Assembly: GCA_013178155.1 (NCBI GenBank)
Contig: JABLXH010000018.1
Span: 2,702-66,701, forward strand
Direction: 5' to 3'
Length of the DNA stretch: 64,000 nt
From: Armatimonadota bacterium
GTDB lineage: Bacteria; Armatimonadota; Zipacnadia; Zipacnadales; UBA11051
Shown: piece after piece, positions 1 to 10,042 of the stretch
Layout of the letters: the number at the start of each line of letters is the position of its first letter
Numbering within the stretch: the first letter of the stretch is position 1
Position numbers and translations under genes: made by a program
The notes under the pieces: model-generated
The model's input: only the letters and a program-made list of their open reading frames with translations
What the model was told of the DNA's origin: nothing
The model's database searches: none

Positions 1-19
1 CGCGGTCTGGTGACCGCTC

Positions 20-1006
20 CTACCCTGCCAGCAGCGACTGGGCCAGGATGCGTTCGGCCAGCTCCATTGTCTTGACGGCGTCGCCGAAGTGCGAACCAGG
101 GAGTTTCCTGGCCTTCAGGCAGTCAATGAACTCCCGGTTCTTGCCCGCGAAGCCCGCATAGACATGGAACTCGTCGCTGCCGGCGACCTGCTTGGTGTCG
201 AAGGTCTGGCCCGCGTAGTCACCATCGGCGTAGAGGTGCCCGGCGCCCTCGTGCTCGCCCTCAGCGCAGATGCCGGGGGCGTGCATCTGCACCCGGAAGA
301 CGCGGCGGCCGCTGGTCCAGCTATTCACCATGAGGCCCGTGGCCCCGTTGTCGAACTCGATCAGCGCCGAGAGGAAGTTCAGGTCGGGGGTGCCCACCCG
401 GCGGGTGACGCTGTGGAGATCTTTCAGCTCGCCGCCGCACATCCAGCGGACGGTGTCCAGGGCGTGGACACAGTCGTCGTGCATGTGGTCTACGGCGCCC
501 AGCATGGCGTCGGGCGCGCACTTGTAGAACTCGCAGACGGCGTGGGTGATGGGACCGCGCTTGAGGCACTCGTCGCGCAACATGCAGATCATGGGGCAGG
601 TGCGGCGCTGGAAGCTGACCTGGGTAATGCACTGGTTCTTCTCGGCGAGATGGGCCAGCATCTGGGCCTGATGGAGCGTCATGCCCATGGGCTTCTCGAT
701 GTAGAGGTTGAGGCCCTGTTGCAGGCACCACAGCCATATATCGTACATGTGATGCGGCGGGCCGATGGCATAGACGGCGTCGGGAGCGACGGCCTCGATC
801 ATCTGACGATAGTCGCTGTAACGGGCCGCAATGCCATACCTGTCGGCTGTGGCATGGAGGCGCTCAGGGTTCAGGTCGCAGACAGCGGCGATCTCGACGT
901 CCGGGAAGGAAGCCAGGGACGGGTAGTGGACATGGTTGGCCATGGAGCCGGCGCCAATCATGGCGACGCGGACGCGGCGGGACCTGGTAGACTTGGGGGC
1001 AGCCAT
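20..1006 (-). CDS. Gfo/Idh/MocA family NAD(P)-dependent oxidoreductase (329 aa)
   Basis: Rossmann N-terminus 'VRVAMIGAGSMANHVHYPSL' followed by 'EKPM' motif typical of Gfo/Idh/MocA. The ORF-track N-terminal 92 aa look non-protein-like. ATG at 1004-1006 is preceded by GGAGG (6 nt spacer). Confidence 0.85.
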   Translation of the reverse strand: MAAPKSTRSRRVRVAMIGAGSMANHVHYPSLASFPDVEIAAVCDLNPERLHATADRYGIAARYSDYRQMIEAVAPDAVYAIGPPHHMYDIWLWCLQQGLNLYIEKPMGMTLHQAQMLAHLAEKNQCITQVSFQRRTCPMICMLRDECLKRGPITHAVCEFYKCAPDAMLGAVDHMHDDCVHALDTVRWMCGGELKDLHSVTRRVGTPDLNFLSALIEFDNGATGLMVNSWTSGRRVFRVQMHAPGICAEGEHEGAGHLYADGDYAGQTFDTKQVAGSDEFHVYAGFAGKNREFIDCLKARKLPGSHFGDAVKTMELAERILAQSLLAG

Positions 1007-1156
1007 GCAAGACCTCCTGAGCGCAGGGGACAGCCACCGCGAGTTGTTCGCGACGGCAGGACGCAGCACCTGCCGGGAGGTAGGTCCGCGATGCGACCAG
1101 GGGGAACTGACGGGCAGCAAACAGGCGCACGGTCTGCAGGCAGGTGATTGGCAAAG

Positions 1157-3937
1157 ATGCGAACCCGCGACATCCTGCTGGGCGTGGTGCTGGCCTCCGC
1201 GACCCTGGCACCGGCCGCGGCCCAGATCACGATTCCGGGCCCCACCGTGACAATGGCCCTCAGCGAGGCGGGAGTCTGGCAATCATTGCGGGGGGCTGAC
1301 GGGCACGAGCTATGCGCCGCCCCGGCGCACCTGCCACTGGCCACGGTGGTGGACCCCCAGGGGACGACCCAGCCCGTCGCTACGGCCAGCTACAGTGACG
1401 GACACCTGCGACTGACGTTCCAGGGCACCGATGCCGTGCTGACCTATGCGGTAGAGCCGGATGAGTACTGGACAGTGCTGCGCCTGGAGAGCGTCGAGGG
1501 TACCCGGCCCCAGCGGCTGACACTGTGCCAGGTGCCGGTGAACGTGACGGCGCACATCGGGCCGCGCCTCAACATCGCGTGGGATGACAAAGTGGCGGTG
1601 TGCCTGCTGGCAGCGACGCGGCAGGCAGACTGTGGCGCCCGGCGTGAGGGCGAGGTGGCGGTGCTGCGGGCGGGGCTTCAGGACGCGCCCGGGCCGAAGC
1701 TGGAGGGCGGAGCCGTGGCGCTGATCGTGGCCCCGCGCGAGGCCATCGAGGAGCGCCTGCGCGAGGCCAGTCATGCCTTCGGCCTGCTGACCAACGAGGA
1801 CGCCAGCGGGACTCCGGTCAAGCGGACCGACCTGCCACGCGGGTCGTACTGGTTCCTGGGGTGCGGCGAGGCGGAGGTGGATACGCTCATCGAGTACTGC
1901 CGCCGGGCGGGCTTCCGGCAGATCATGCTGTCCTCTGGAGCATGGTGCACCAAGGTCGGGCACTATGAGCTGAACACGGCGGCCTTCCCGGAGGGTGAGA
2001 AGAGCCTGAAGCGGTTCGTGGACAAGCTGCACGCTGCAGGGATTCTGGTCGGGATGCACTGCTTTGCCTCGAAGGTCTCCAAGACCGACGCCTATGTGAC
2101 GCCCGTGCCCGACCGGCGCTTCTGGGTGGACAAGCGGACTACGCTGGCCGAGGCCATTGACGCCACCCAGACCGAGATTCGTGCCGGCGACCTGAGCCAG
2201 TGGCCGGGCAGCCCGCTATGCTCCCAGAAGACCTGGGAGGGGGGCGTGGACAAGCACCGGGAAGTCATCGTAGACGACGAGATCATCCAGTATGAGGCCA
2301 TCGGGCCTGAGGGGAGGTGGGACACCTTCCTGGGCTGCAGGCGCGGGGCGTGGGGGACGCAGCCTGCCGCTCACGCCGCCGGAGCCGAGGGGCGCCACTA
2401 TGGCGTGGATGGCTGCATCAACGGGTACATCGTGGACCAGGAAACCACGCTGCTGGACGAGACCACCGACCGCCTGGCGCAGGTGTTCAATGACTGCGGC
2501 TTTGATATGGTCTACTTCGACGGCGGCGAGGATGTGGACAAGACGCGGTTCAACTACTATGTCTCCCGGTTCCAGGAGACGGCGATGCGGAAGTTCCGCA
2601 AGCGGCCTATCATCCACATGGGCACCATCATGACCCACCTGACCTGGCACTCCTTTGCCCGCAGCTCGACGGTAGACACCTACCTCAACACCCTCTATGG
2701 GGCTATCCAGTCCGGAGCGCCGGTGGAAAAGTGGCCGACGGTGCGGGACCACATTGACGTCTCGGTGCGGTACATGCTCAGCGTGCGTGAAGACCTGATG
2801 CCGGGGGAGCTCGGCTGGTTTGGCATCTGGCCCAAGGGTCCCAACACTGACGGCCTGCAGCTTGACGAAGTGGAATACCTGATGGGCAAATCCCTGGGCT
2901 ATGACGTACCCGTCTCGCTGCAGACCAGTTTCGAGCAGATGGAGCGCCACCCCCTGACGCCGGAGATACTCCGGATGGTGCGAGCCTATGAGGAGCTCCG
3001 CATGGCGCGCAAGGTGGCCCCTGGGACCCGGCAGCAGTTGCAGGCCCTGGGCAAGGACTTCGTGCTGCTACGCCACACCGGGCAGCCGGAGTTCGTGCCG
3101 GTGGAGCCGCTGGCGGTGGCGGGCGGTAGCCGTGAGGTGCGGGCGCTGTTCGGGCGCTACGGGGGGAGCGGGCTGGCGACGGTCTGGCCGGTGGTGCGGG
3201 AGTGCGAGCTGGCGCTGCCGGTAGACGCGCCACGCGTGCGGGCGCTGGACTTCGACGGCCGCGAGGTGGCCCTGCGGGCCAAGGGTGAGGCGACCATCGT
3301 GCCGCTGACCCACCGGCGGCTGACGCTTCTGTTCGATGGGGTCACGGCAACTCAGGTGCGCGAGGCACTGGAGCGGGCGGAGGTGAGGTTGCCACCGGCG
3401 GTTCGGCTGGTGATTCCGGCGGCGAACGGACGGCTGGTGGGAGAGATGGCCCTGGGATCGCAGGTGGGCGTCAGTGAGCCGGAGGCGTTCGGGGATGTCG
3501 TTGTCTGCACGAGTAAGCCCGGTTACGCCGCGCCGCAGGAGTGGTACGCGGAGTATGAGGTGCGCGTGCCGCGGGCGGGGCAGTACAACCTGTGGGCGCG
3601 GGTGCGATACCCCAGCGGCGCCGATGACTCCTTCGGCGTGCTGCTGCCGGGCGAGAGGCTGACCCTGAGCGGCACCCAAGTCCTGGGCAACTGCGGGATG
3701 AATGGCAGACAGTGGCACTGGACCGGACGCGGCGGCGGTTCCACGTCAGCGCCGCCGGGGGAGGTCGTCACGCTGAAGCTCGCGGCAGGCGTGACGAAGC
3801 TGCGGGTCTATGCCCGCGAGGGGCCCGGCACGGCCGCCATGAACCCGCGGCTGGATGTGCTCTATCTGACCAGTGACCTGTTCGAGACGCCGACGGATCA
3901 GGCAGTCAGCGCGCTGCTGCGCGCGGAAGGCAAGTGA
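1157..3937 (+). CDS. large secreted protein, putative glycoside hydrolase-like TIM-barrel with C-terminal carbohydrate-binding-like beta domain
   Basis: The ORF-track start is TTG at 1148. ATG at 1157 gives 'MRTRDILLGVVLASATLAPAAAQ', a signal peptide. The central region looks like an (alpha/beta) barrel ('FDMVYFDGGED'). The C-terminus is a beta-sandwich-like segment ('YEVRVPRAGQYNLWARVRY...'). The family call is tentative. Confidence 0.55.
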   Translation: MRTRDILLGVVLASATLAPAAAQITIPGPTVTMALSEAGVWQSLRGADGHELCAAPAHLPLATVVDPQGTTQPVATASYSDGHLRLTFQGTDAVLTYAVEPDEYWTVLRLESVEGTRPQRLTLCQVPVNVTAHIGPRLNIAWDDKVAVCLLAATRQADCGARREGEVAVLRAGLQDAPGPKLEGGAVALIVAPREAIEERLREASHAFGLLTNEDASGTPVKRTDLPRGSYWFLGCGEAEVDTLIEYCRRAGFRQIMLSSGAWCTKVGHYELNTAAFPEGEKSLKRFVDKLHAAGILVGMHCFASKVSKTDAYVTPVPDRRFWVDKRTTLAEAIDATQTEIRAGDLSQWPGSPLCSQKTWEGGVDKHREVIVDDEIIQYEAIGPEGRWDTFLGCRRGAWGTQPAAHAAGAEGRHYGVDGCINGYIVDQETTLLDETTDRLAQVFNDCGFDMVYFDGGEDVDKTRFNYYVSRFQETAMRKFRKRPIIHMGTIMTHLTWHSFARSSTVDTYLNTLYGAIQSGAPVEKWPTVRDHIDVSVRYMLSVREDLMPGELGWFGIWPKGPNTDGLQLDEVEYLMGKSLGYDVPVSLQTSFEQMERHPLTPEILRMVRAYEELRMARKVAPGTRQQLQALGKDFVLLRHTGQPEFVPVEPLAVAGGSREVRALFGRYGGSGLATVWPVVRECELALPVDAPRVRALDFDGREVALRAKGEATIVPLTHRRLTLLFDGVTATQVREALERAEVRLPPAVRLVIPAANGRLVGEMALGSQVGVSEPEAFGDVVVCTSKPGYAAPQEWYAEYEVRVPRAGQYNLWARVRYPSGADDSFGVLLPGERLTLSGTQVLGNCGMNGRQWHWTGRGGGSTSAPPGEVVTLKLAAGVTKLRVYAREGPGTAAMNPRLDVLYLTSDLFETPTDQAVSALLRAEGK

Positions 3938-3944
3938 GGCGACC

Positions 3945-6344
3945 ATGCGGACCATGATGGTGTTGCTCTATGGCATCGCGGGGACGGCCCTTTGGGCCAC
4001 CGCGCCGGTGCTGGGGCCCGACGACATCGGGACCAGCAAGCGCATCCCGGCGGTAGGGCAGGAGGTGCTGTATACGGTGCGTCTCCGTGCACCTGAGGGC
4101 GAGACGGTGCGCGGAGAGTACGTGGTGACCTTTGATGTGGACCAGTACTCCGTGGGACGCCGGCCGGTCTCGTTGAACCTGAAGCCCGGCGAGGTCGAGG
4201 AGGTGCTGTTCTCCTGGACCCCGACGCAGGACGGCTGGCGGGACCTGAAGTTCCGCGTCCTGCCGCAGGCCGGGGGAGCGGCGGCGGCCGAAGTGAAGCG
4301 CACCGTGCCGGTGACCAACCGGCCGCTCTATTTCGTGTGGTTCGGGGCGCCGCAACGGTTCAAGTGGTGCAACGTGCCGACGACCGTCCGGCCCCAGGAG
4401 CGGGAGTGGTGGCTGTGGCATGGCGGGTACCCCTGCGGCTGGAAGCCGGGGGTCTGCAACAAGGACTGGACCCAGGCGCAGTTCGCCGAGAGCTACAAAG
4501 AGAGCCCCTGGATCGCGATAGACGAGGTTGGCAGCCTCGACGACCTGGGCAAGCGCATCATGGAAGCTGTGCGTGAACACAAGCAGGCCCATCCCGACGG
4601 CCTGCGGGCTATCTGGTTCATGGGGGCGCACGAGTACTGGCGAGACTACGCCGACTGCGTGGACCTGTTCGTGCCCGAGATCTATATGAACTATTTCGGC
4701 AACCACCTGGGCAAGTTCGTGCCCTACCTGCGGACCACGCGGGCCACAGGTGTAACGGACAAGATGATCCCCGGCCTGGGGATCAACGTGATCCTGGACG
4801 AGAACAAGCAGCCGCGCGTAACGCCGACCAAAGCGGATGTGCTGCGGCAGATTCGTTACCTGAAGACCATCGCGCCGGAGCTCAACGGTGTTGGGTTCTT
4901 CAACTCCGGGTCCGCCGCGCCGGGCGTGGCGGAGTACGGCGATGCGCTGTGCTGTGAGTACTACATCAAGCCGGTGCTGACGCTGGTGGCGGGGTCGCTG
5001 CAGGCGCGGATTCGAGGTGACAAGCTGGAGCTAAGCGCGCTGGTGCGCAACTGTGGCGGCATGACGGCGCGCGAAGTGCGGGTGGAGGTGCGAACAGGCC
5101 ACAGCGGACAGCTCTCCCCGCGAGCAACTGTGGCGTTGCCTCGGCCGCTGCCGGCCGGTGAGGAGGTCCGTGTTACCGGATCTACCCCACTGCTCCGCGG
5201 GATCGGTGAGTATGGTCTGTGCCTGCCCGAGCACGGCGGCATGACACTGCTCAATGGCCGCCTCGTTACCACGGCGGCGCGTGGGCTGCCTGGGACCGGC
5301 ATGGTGCTGGCGCAGCCGCCAACGGAGACGGCCGCCAGCGGAGTGCCGCTGTTCGCCGAGGCGGGGTCAGGCTCCGCCGCGGCAAGCGTGGTGTCCCTGG
5401 ACAGGACCGGGAGGGCTGGCGATGCGGTGGCGGCAGCGGTGGTTGGCGAGGGTCCGACCCGAGCGTTGACCTGGGTGCCAAGGGAACTGCCCGATGGCGG
5501 CCCGGCCTACTTCCAGGTCTCCAAGGGGGTTCTGCCCACCCAACCGGGCATGGTGCGACGCGAGGGCGCTATCCTGACCATCTCCGGCAAGGGCTGTGTC
5601 GTGACTCTGGACACGGCCAGCGACCAGATCACCTCTCTCAAGGCGGCTACGGAGGCGACGGAGCTGCTGGGCGGTCCCTGGCGGTTCAACTGCACGGGCT
5701 GGGAGGGTTTCGGCGCGGCGACGGTGAGCGAAGAGCCCGCTGGTGTCACGATCACCGTGCCCTTCGCCAACGAGCAGGCCGAGGGCCTGAGCCGCTACTT
5801 CGTGTACCGCGATGCCCCGGTGGTCCGTATTGAGCGGGTGCTTAGGCCGAAGGGTGATTTGACGGTCACCGTGAGCATTGAGGGGGCCGCCATGCCGCAA
5901 CGGGGCGGGGTCTATGCCTTGCAGGGCGGTGTGGGCGCGGTGGTGTCCCGGGGGCAGCTCAATGACAGCGCTGACTACAGCGACCTGCTCTTCGGCTATC
6001 TAGGGGAGACGCCCAACGCCTACGGTGCTGACAAGGCGGGTTGGTTTGATTTCGCCTTCACCCGCGATGGTGGCGGCGGCCTGGGTGTCGCCATCGAGCG
6101 ACGCTGGGAGGCAGCGAAGTCCGAGGTGGGGTATGACGTGACCCGGTACTACGACGGGGCCGACTCGCTGGAGGTGCGCAACCTCTGGGGCAGTGAGCTC
6201 AACGTCGCGACACCGCAGACACAAGTCATCTACCTCGTCGTCCACGAGCCTGTGGCTCTTGACCAGCCAGGGGTCGTCGCTCCCGCGCAGCGGCTATGGG
6301 ACAACCTGCATCAGCGGGCACAACCTGTGCTCACCACACCCTGA
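3945..6344 (+). CDS. secreted hypothetical protein (800 aa), co-transcribed with the upstream secreted protein
   Basis: An internal ATG at 3945 yields signal peptide 'MRTMMVLLYGIAGTALWATAPVLG'. A GTGAGG RBS lies 6 nt upstream. It starts 8 nt after the stop of the upstream CDS, suggesting an operon. Confidence 0.65.
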   Translation: MRTMMVLLYGIAGTALWATAPVLGPDDIGTSKRIPAVGQEVLYTVRLRAPEGETVRGEYVVTFDVDQYSVGRRPVSLNLKPGEVEEVLFSWTPTQDGWRDLKFRVLPQAGGAAAAEVKRTVPVTNRPLYFVWFGAPQRFKWCNVPTTVRPQEREWWLWHGGYPCGWKPGVCNKDWTQAQFAESYKESPWIAIDEVGSLDDLGKRIMEAVREHKQAHPDGLRAIWFMGAHEYWRDYADCVDLFVPEIYMNYFGNHLGKFVPYLRTTRATGVTDKMIPGLGINVILDENKQPRVTPTKADVLRQIRYLKTIAPELNGVGFFNSGSAAPGVAEYGDALCCEYYIKPVLTLVAGSLQARIRGDKLELSALVRNCGGMTAREVRVEVRTGHSGQLSPRATVALPRPLPAGEEVRVTGSTPLLRGIGEYGLCLPEHGGMTLLNGRLVTTAARGLPGTGMVLAQPPTETAASGVPLFAEAGSGSAAASVVSLDRTGRAGDAVAAAVVGEGPTRALTWVPRELPDGGPAYFQVSKGVLPTQPGMVRREGAILTISGKGCVVTLDTASDQITSLKAATEATELLGGPWRFNCTGWEGFGAATVSEEPAGVTITVPFANEQAEGLSRYFVYRDAPVVRIERVLRPKGDLTVTVSIEGAAMPQRGGVYALQGGVGAVVSRGQLNDSADYSDLLFGYLGETPNAYGADKAGWFDFAFTRDGGGGLGVAIERRWEAAKSEVGYDVTRYYDGADSLEVRNLWGSELNVATPQTQVIYLVVHEPVALDQPGVVAPAQRLWDNLHQRAQPVLTTP

Positions 6345-6391
6345 AGCACCTTGCGCGGGCGGCGCGGAGGGTCTATAGTTGGGTGCACTTC

Positions 6392-6417
6392 GGCGGCCGG
6401 AACTTACTTCCGGCCGC
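6392..6417. terminator. perfect GC-rich hairpin GGCGGCCGGAA-cttac-TTCCGGCCGCC between operons
   Basis: An 11-bp perfect inverted repeat with a 5-nt loop, seen directly in the sequence. It lies between the stop at 6344 and the aminotransferase start at 6436. There is no T-tract, so it may be an intrinsic-terminator-like or RNA-stability hairpin. Confidence 0.4.
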
Positions 6418-6435
6418 CATTCGTGGAGGCTGAAC

Positions 6436-7380
6436 ATGCCACAGTATGACCAGTTGCGGGCCTATTACAACGGGGAGCTGGTACCGGTGACCGAGGCTCG
6501 CGTGTCGGTATACGACTCCGCTCTGATGTTTGGCGACATGGTCTTTGAGATGACCCGGTCGTTCCGACGGCAGCCGTTTCGGCTGGAGCAGCACCTGGAC
6601 CGCCTCTATGCGTCCCTGCGACTCCTGGACATAGACTGCGGGTTGACACGGACTGAGATGTTGCAGGTCACCATGGAGACCGTGGAGGCCAACCTGGCAT
6701 ACATTGAAGACGAGCTGGACTACTACATCATGCATGACATCTCGCGGGGGCCACTGGACTTCTACCGACGGGTGTTCCCCGCAGGACTGCGTCCGACGGT
6801 CATCATTGCCATCTGGCCCATGATCGAGCACATCGCCAGGGTCGCGGAGTATTATGAGACCGGCGTGCACGCCATCATCCCGTCGCAGGGGGCCATCCCC
6901 AGCCGCTACCTGGACCCCAAGGCCAAGACACGTTCGCGCTTGCACTATCAGATGGCGAACCTGCAGGCAGCGCGGTATGGCCCTGATGCCTGGGCGGTGA
7001 TGCTCGACGAGCACGGGTATATCGCCGAGGGCACGAGCTGCAACTTCTTCATGGTCAAGGACGGGGCGCTCTACACCTCGGAGCCGCGGAACATCCTGCG
7101 AGGAGTGAGCCGGGGGTATGTCTTCGCCCTGGCGGAGGAGCTGGGTATCCCCTGCCGGGGGGCCAACATTGAGCCCTACGATGCCTTGCAGGCCGACGAA
7201 GCCTTTCTGACCGCAACCTCCTTCTCGATCCTGCCTGTGACCCGGTTCGAGGGGCGTGTCATCGGCGACGGCCGGCCGGGGCCGGTGACGAAGCGGCTGC
7301 TTGCGGCCTGGAGCGAGAAGGTCGGGGTGGACATCCCGGCACAGGCGAAGTATGTCGCCGAGAAGTACATGACGCAGTAG
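6436..7380 (+). CDS. class IV aminotransferase (branched-chain amino acid / D-amino acid aminotransferase family)
   Basis: Start 'MPQYDQLRAYYNGELVPVTEARVSVYDSALMFGDMVFE' is typical of fold-type IV PLP enzymes. GGAGGC RBS is at 6425-6430. The minus-strand ORF 6373..7536 is a shadow. Confidence 0.85.
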   Translation: MPQYDQLRAYYNGELVPVTEARVSVYDSALMFGDMVFEMTRSFRRQPFRLEQHLDRLYASLRLLDIDCGLTRTEMLQVTMETVEANLAYIEDELDYYIMHDISRGPLDFYRRVFPAGLRPTVIIAIWPMIEHIARVAEYYETGVHAIIPSQGAIPSRYLDPKAKTRSRLHYQMANLQAARYGPDAWAVMLDEHGYIAEGTSCNFFMVKDGALYTSEPRNILRGVSRGYVFALAEELGIPCRGANIEPYDALQADEAFLTATSFSILPVTRFEGRVIGDGRPGPVTKRLLAAWSEKVGVDIPAQAKYVAEKYMTQ

Positions 7381-7490
7381 ACGGGCCTCAGCACGTCCAT
7401 CAGCCCGCGACCGGCTCGCGGGCTGACGCTTCATCCCCGGCGGGAGAACCGCCTCAAGCTTGCTCCACAACTGACGATATATCCTGCGGC

Positions 7491-8480
7491 ATGCAGACAC
7501 AGTTCGTCCCTGACCAAGGACCCTTGACGGTGGCATTGGTGGAGTCAGACCGGCCTACGGCCCGGATGCTGGAGGTGGTGCTGGCCGGCTGGGGGTATGG
7601 CGTGGCCACCGCGCAGGATGAGGATGAGGCCTGGGCCCTGCTGCAGTCGCACGATCCGCCGCCGATGGCGCTGGTAGAATACTCGCGCTGGGGGTTTGAC
7701 GGCCTGCAGCTCTGCCGTGATCTCCGAAAGGCGGAGCGGGCCGACGAGGGCGGCGTCTACCTGGTATTGCTGAGCACCCAGGGGTCACATGAGGACCTTA
7801 TGGCCGGAGTGGAGGCAGGGGCCGACGACTACGTGGTCAAGCCCTTCGACCCACTGGACCTGCGCTTGCGGTTGCGTGCGGGTGAGCGCATCGTGCGCCT
7901 GCGGCGGGAGGTGGAGGCGGTGGCCTTGGCGCTGCAGGAACGCACGACGCACGACGATCTCACCGGCGCCTGGAACCGGGCTTCGATCCTGCAGATGCTT
8001 GAGGAGGAGATCAACCGCGCGCGTCGGGACCGGGCCTCCCTGGCCGTTCTGATGGCCGATGTGGATGGCTTTAAGATGGTCAACGATACCCACGGGCACC
8101 TGGTGGGGGACAGTGTTCTGCGGGAGGTGGCGGCGCGGCTGGGCGCCACGGTGCGGGGCTATGACCGGGTGGGACGCTATGGGGGCGACGAGTTCCTCCT
8201 GGTGCTGCCGGGCTGCAGCGCTGAAGGCGCCCTGGGGCTCGGCGAACGGCTGCGCCAGGCGGTGGGTGGCGTACCGGTCACCCTCCCCGACGGGGAGCTG
8301 ACGGTCACCCTCAGCGTCGGCGTGGCCTGCCTGACCCACCGGCGGCTTACCGATGCCCGCGATCTGGTTGGTCGGGCCGACACCGCCCTGTACGAGGCCA
8401 AGCGTCTGGGCAGGGACCGGGTCTGTGTCATGCTGCACCCGGAGCGCCGCCCGCGAGTGGACGCAACGCAGGTGGCATAA
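7491..8480 (+). CDS. response regulator receiver domain fused to GGDEF diguanylate cyclase (PleD-like)
   Basis: REC domain ('TVALVESD...DYVVKPFD') followed by the GGDEF catalytic motif 'RYGGDEFLLVLPG'. Confidence 0.9.
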   Translation: MQTQFVPDQGPLTVALVESDRPTARMLEVVLAGWGYGVATAQDEDEAWALLQSHDPPPMALVEYSRWGFDGLQLCRDLRKAERADEGGVYLVLLSTQGSHEDLMAGVEAGADDYVVKPFDPLDLRLRLRAGERIVRLRREVEAVALALQERTTHDDLTGAWNRASILQMLEEEINRARRDRASLAVLMADVDGFKMVNDTHGHLVGDSVLREVAARLGATVRGYDRVGRYGGDEFLLVLPGCSAEGALGLGERLRQAVGGVPVTLPDGELTVTLSVGVACLTHRRLTDARDLVGRADTALYEAKRLGRDRVCVMLHPERRPRVDATQVA

Positions 8481-8612
8481 GTGTGCATGAAGCGGAAACG
8501 TGAGATGTGAACGCAGTCGATTACCGGCCAAGCCGCAGCACAGTAGCGGAAGCGCAGACGGTCGCGGCGCCCAGGCTGCGAATCACTGCCCGGAGCGGCA
8601 TCCTGACCGCAC

Positions 8613-9308
8613 TCATGCCGGACACAGACCGGCAATCCGGAAGAAGTTGCGCATGATGATCTCGCCATCGGTATAAGGACCGTCCCATACTTCCGCATGA
8701 AACTGGGCGCCGTAGAGGGGTCGGTCACGGTGACGGAACATCTCAATGCGACACTCCGGGCTGGTGGCAAGTAGCTCGAAGTCTGGCGGCAGTTGCTTCA
8801 CCTCGCAGTAATGGCTCTCGGGCACGCGGATGATCTTGCGTCGAAGGCCCGCAAAGATGGGGTCGCGCTTCACGATCTCGACCTCCTGTACGCCGCGGGC
8901 CACGTAGTACCCCCACTGGCCACTCACCGGCCCCATGTCTGGCTCTCCCGGCCGCAACTTCCGCATGGGCTCATTGCGTAGTCTTTTCACCTTCCGCAGG
9001 TCACGGTTGAAGCAGTAGCCGATGAGCTGGTGGCCGCCGCAGGCGCCGTAGACCGGCACCTCGGTGGTGTGCAGCAGGTCATTTACCGGGTAGAGGTCGG
9101 GGACGTGGAACGTCTCCCAGGCCTGACCGAAGCCGGTGATGAAGAGCGCCCGGGGATGCAGCCGCGCCACATACTCGGGGGAGGCCTCAGTGTAGTGTAC
9201 CGCCGCCACCGGCCAGCCGGTCAGCTTCTCAAAGCGACGCTTGCACATGGCCGCGCCGTCGCTGCGGTCGTAATCAGCCAATGGCGACATGTTGATAACA
9301 ACGATCAT
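8613..9308 (-). CDS. class I glutamine amidotransferase-like protein (GATase1 fold)
   Basis: Catalytic Cys motif 'YGACGGHQLIGY' plus a downstream His. ATG at 9306-9308 with GGAGG 8 nt upstream. ORF-track residues upstream of M151 look non-coding. Confidence 0.75.
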   Translation of the reverse strand: MIVVINMSPLADYDRSDGAAMCKRRFEKLTGWPVAAVHYTEASPEYVARLHPRALFITGFGQAWETFHVPDLYPVNDLLHTTEVPVYGACGGHQLIGYCFNRDLRKVKRLRNEPMRKLRPGEPDMGPVSGQWGYYVARGVQEVEIVKRDPIFAGLRRKIIRVPESHYCEVKQLPPDFELLATSPECRIEMFRHRDRPLYGAQFHAEVWDGPYTDGEIIMRNFFRIAGLCPA

Positions 9309-9397
9309 CACAGCGGCCTCCGGGATGTTGGTCACCCGACCGGTATGCCGGGCGAACGCCGACTTCGCTGCGGCCTCGGCAGGAACCTCCGTGCGCG

Positions 9398-10042
9398 TCA
9401 CTTCGCCGGGTTCCACAGCGGGCTGGCCATGTCGAGGTCCTGCTCGCCCAGCATCGCCACATGCCCATCCACAAAGCACGCGCTCATTCTGTCGAAGTGG
9501 TGGTATGGGAAGTCGTGCTGGCGGGGGACGTAGGAAGTGGAGGGGGCGACGTAGCGGACCTCGGGCCGCATCTTCTCCGACGGTGGTTCCGCCTCTATCA
9601 CCATGATCAGTTCGCCAGGCCGGTTCACGTCCTCCAGACAGCAGTACCCCGGCTCCGCCACCGCTCCGCCCAGCAGGTAGGTCGGGGTGTATGACTTCAC
9701 GGAGGAGCAGAAGAGGATGGACTCCGACCGCCCCAGATAGGGCGGGATGATGTCCCACCAGGTTAGCCTGACGTCCGGCTCCCAGGGCGTGCAGTAGCGG
9801 CTGGGGGGCGGTCCGCAGAAGGCGACCGGGGCCCAGCCTTCATGGTCCGCGGCATACGCGAGCACCGCAACCCCGATCTGGCGGACATTGGACAGGCAGT
9901 GGGTCTGCCGTCCCTTGGCCCGGACCCGTGCGAACACGGGGAACAGGATGGCAGTCAGCACAGCGATGATGCCGATGACGACCAGTAGCTCCACCAGGGT
10001 GAAGCCGCGCACCTGTCCTGGCAATCCGGCACGCTTGCACAT
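9398..10042 (-). CDS. DUF1559 / H-X9-DG family protein with prepilin-type N-terminal cleavage/methylation domain
   Basis: '[47 protein letters not shown]...' has a pilin-like N-terminus. The C-terminal motif is 'HHFDRMSACFVDGHV'. The ATG overlaps the upstream stop (ATGA), with GGAGGG 7 nt upstream. Confidence 0.85.
   Translation of the reverse strand: MCKRAGLPGQVRGFTLVELLVVIGIIAVLTAILFPVFARVRAKGRQTHCLSNVRQIGVAVLAYAADHEGWAPVAFCGPPPSRYCTPWEPDVRLTWWDIIPPYLGRSESILFCSSVKSYTPTYLLGGAVAEPGYCCLEDVNRPGELIMVIEAEPPSEKMRPEVRYVAPSTSYVPRQHDFPYHHFDRMSACFVDGHVAMLGEQDLDMASPLWNPAK

Noticed and set aside
1007-1282. N-terminal 92-aa extension of the Gfo/Idh ORF in the ORF track
   Set aside because: The extension is Arg/Gly/Cys-rich junk with no Rossmann motif. 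A strong GGAGG RBS precedes the internal ATG at 1006, where the dinucleotide-binding fold begins.
6373-7536. 387-aa minus-strand ORF overlapping the class IV aminotransferase
   Set aside because: Its translation is Pro/Arg/Gly-rich with no motifs, typical of a mirror-frame shadow in high-GC DNA. The plus-strand gene has clear family signatures and an RBS.
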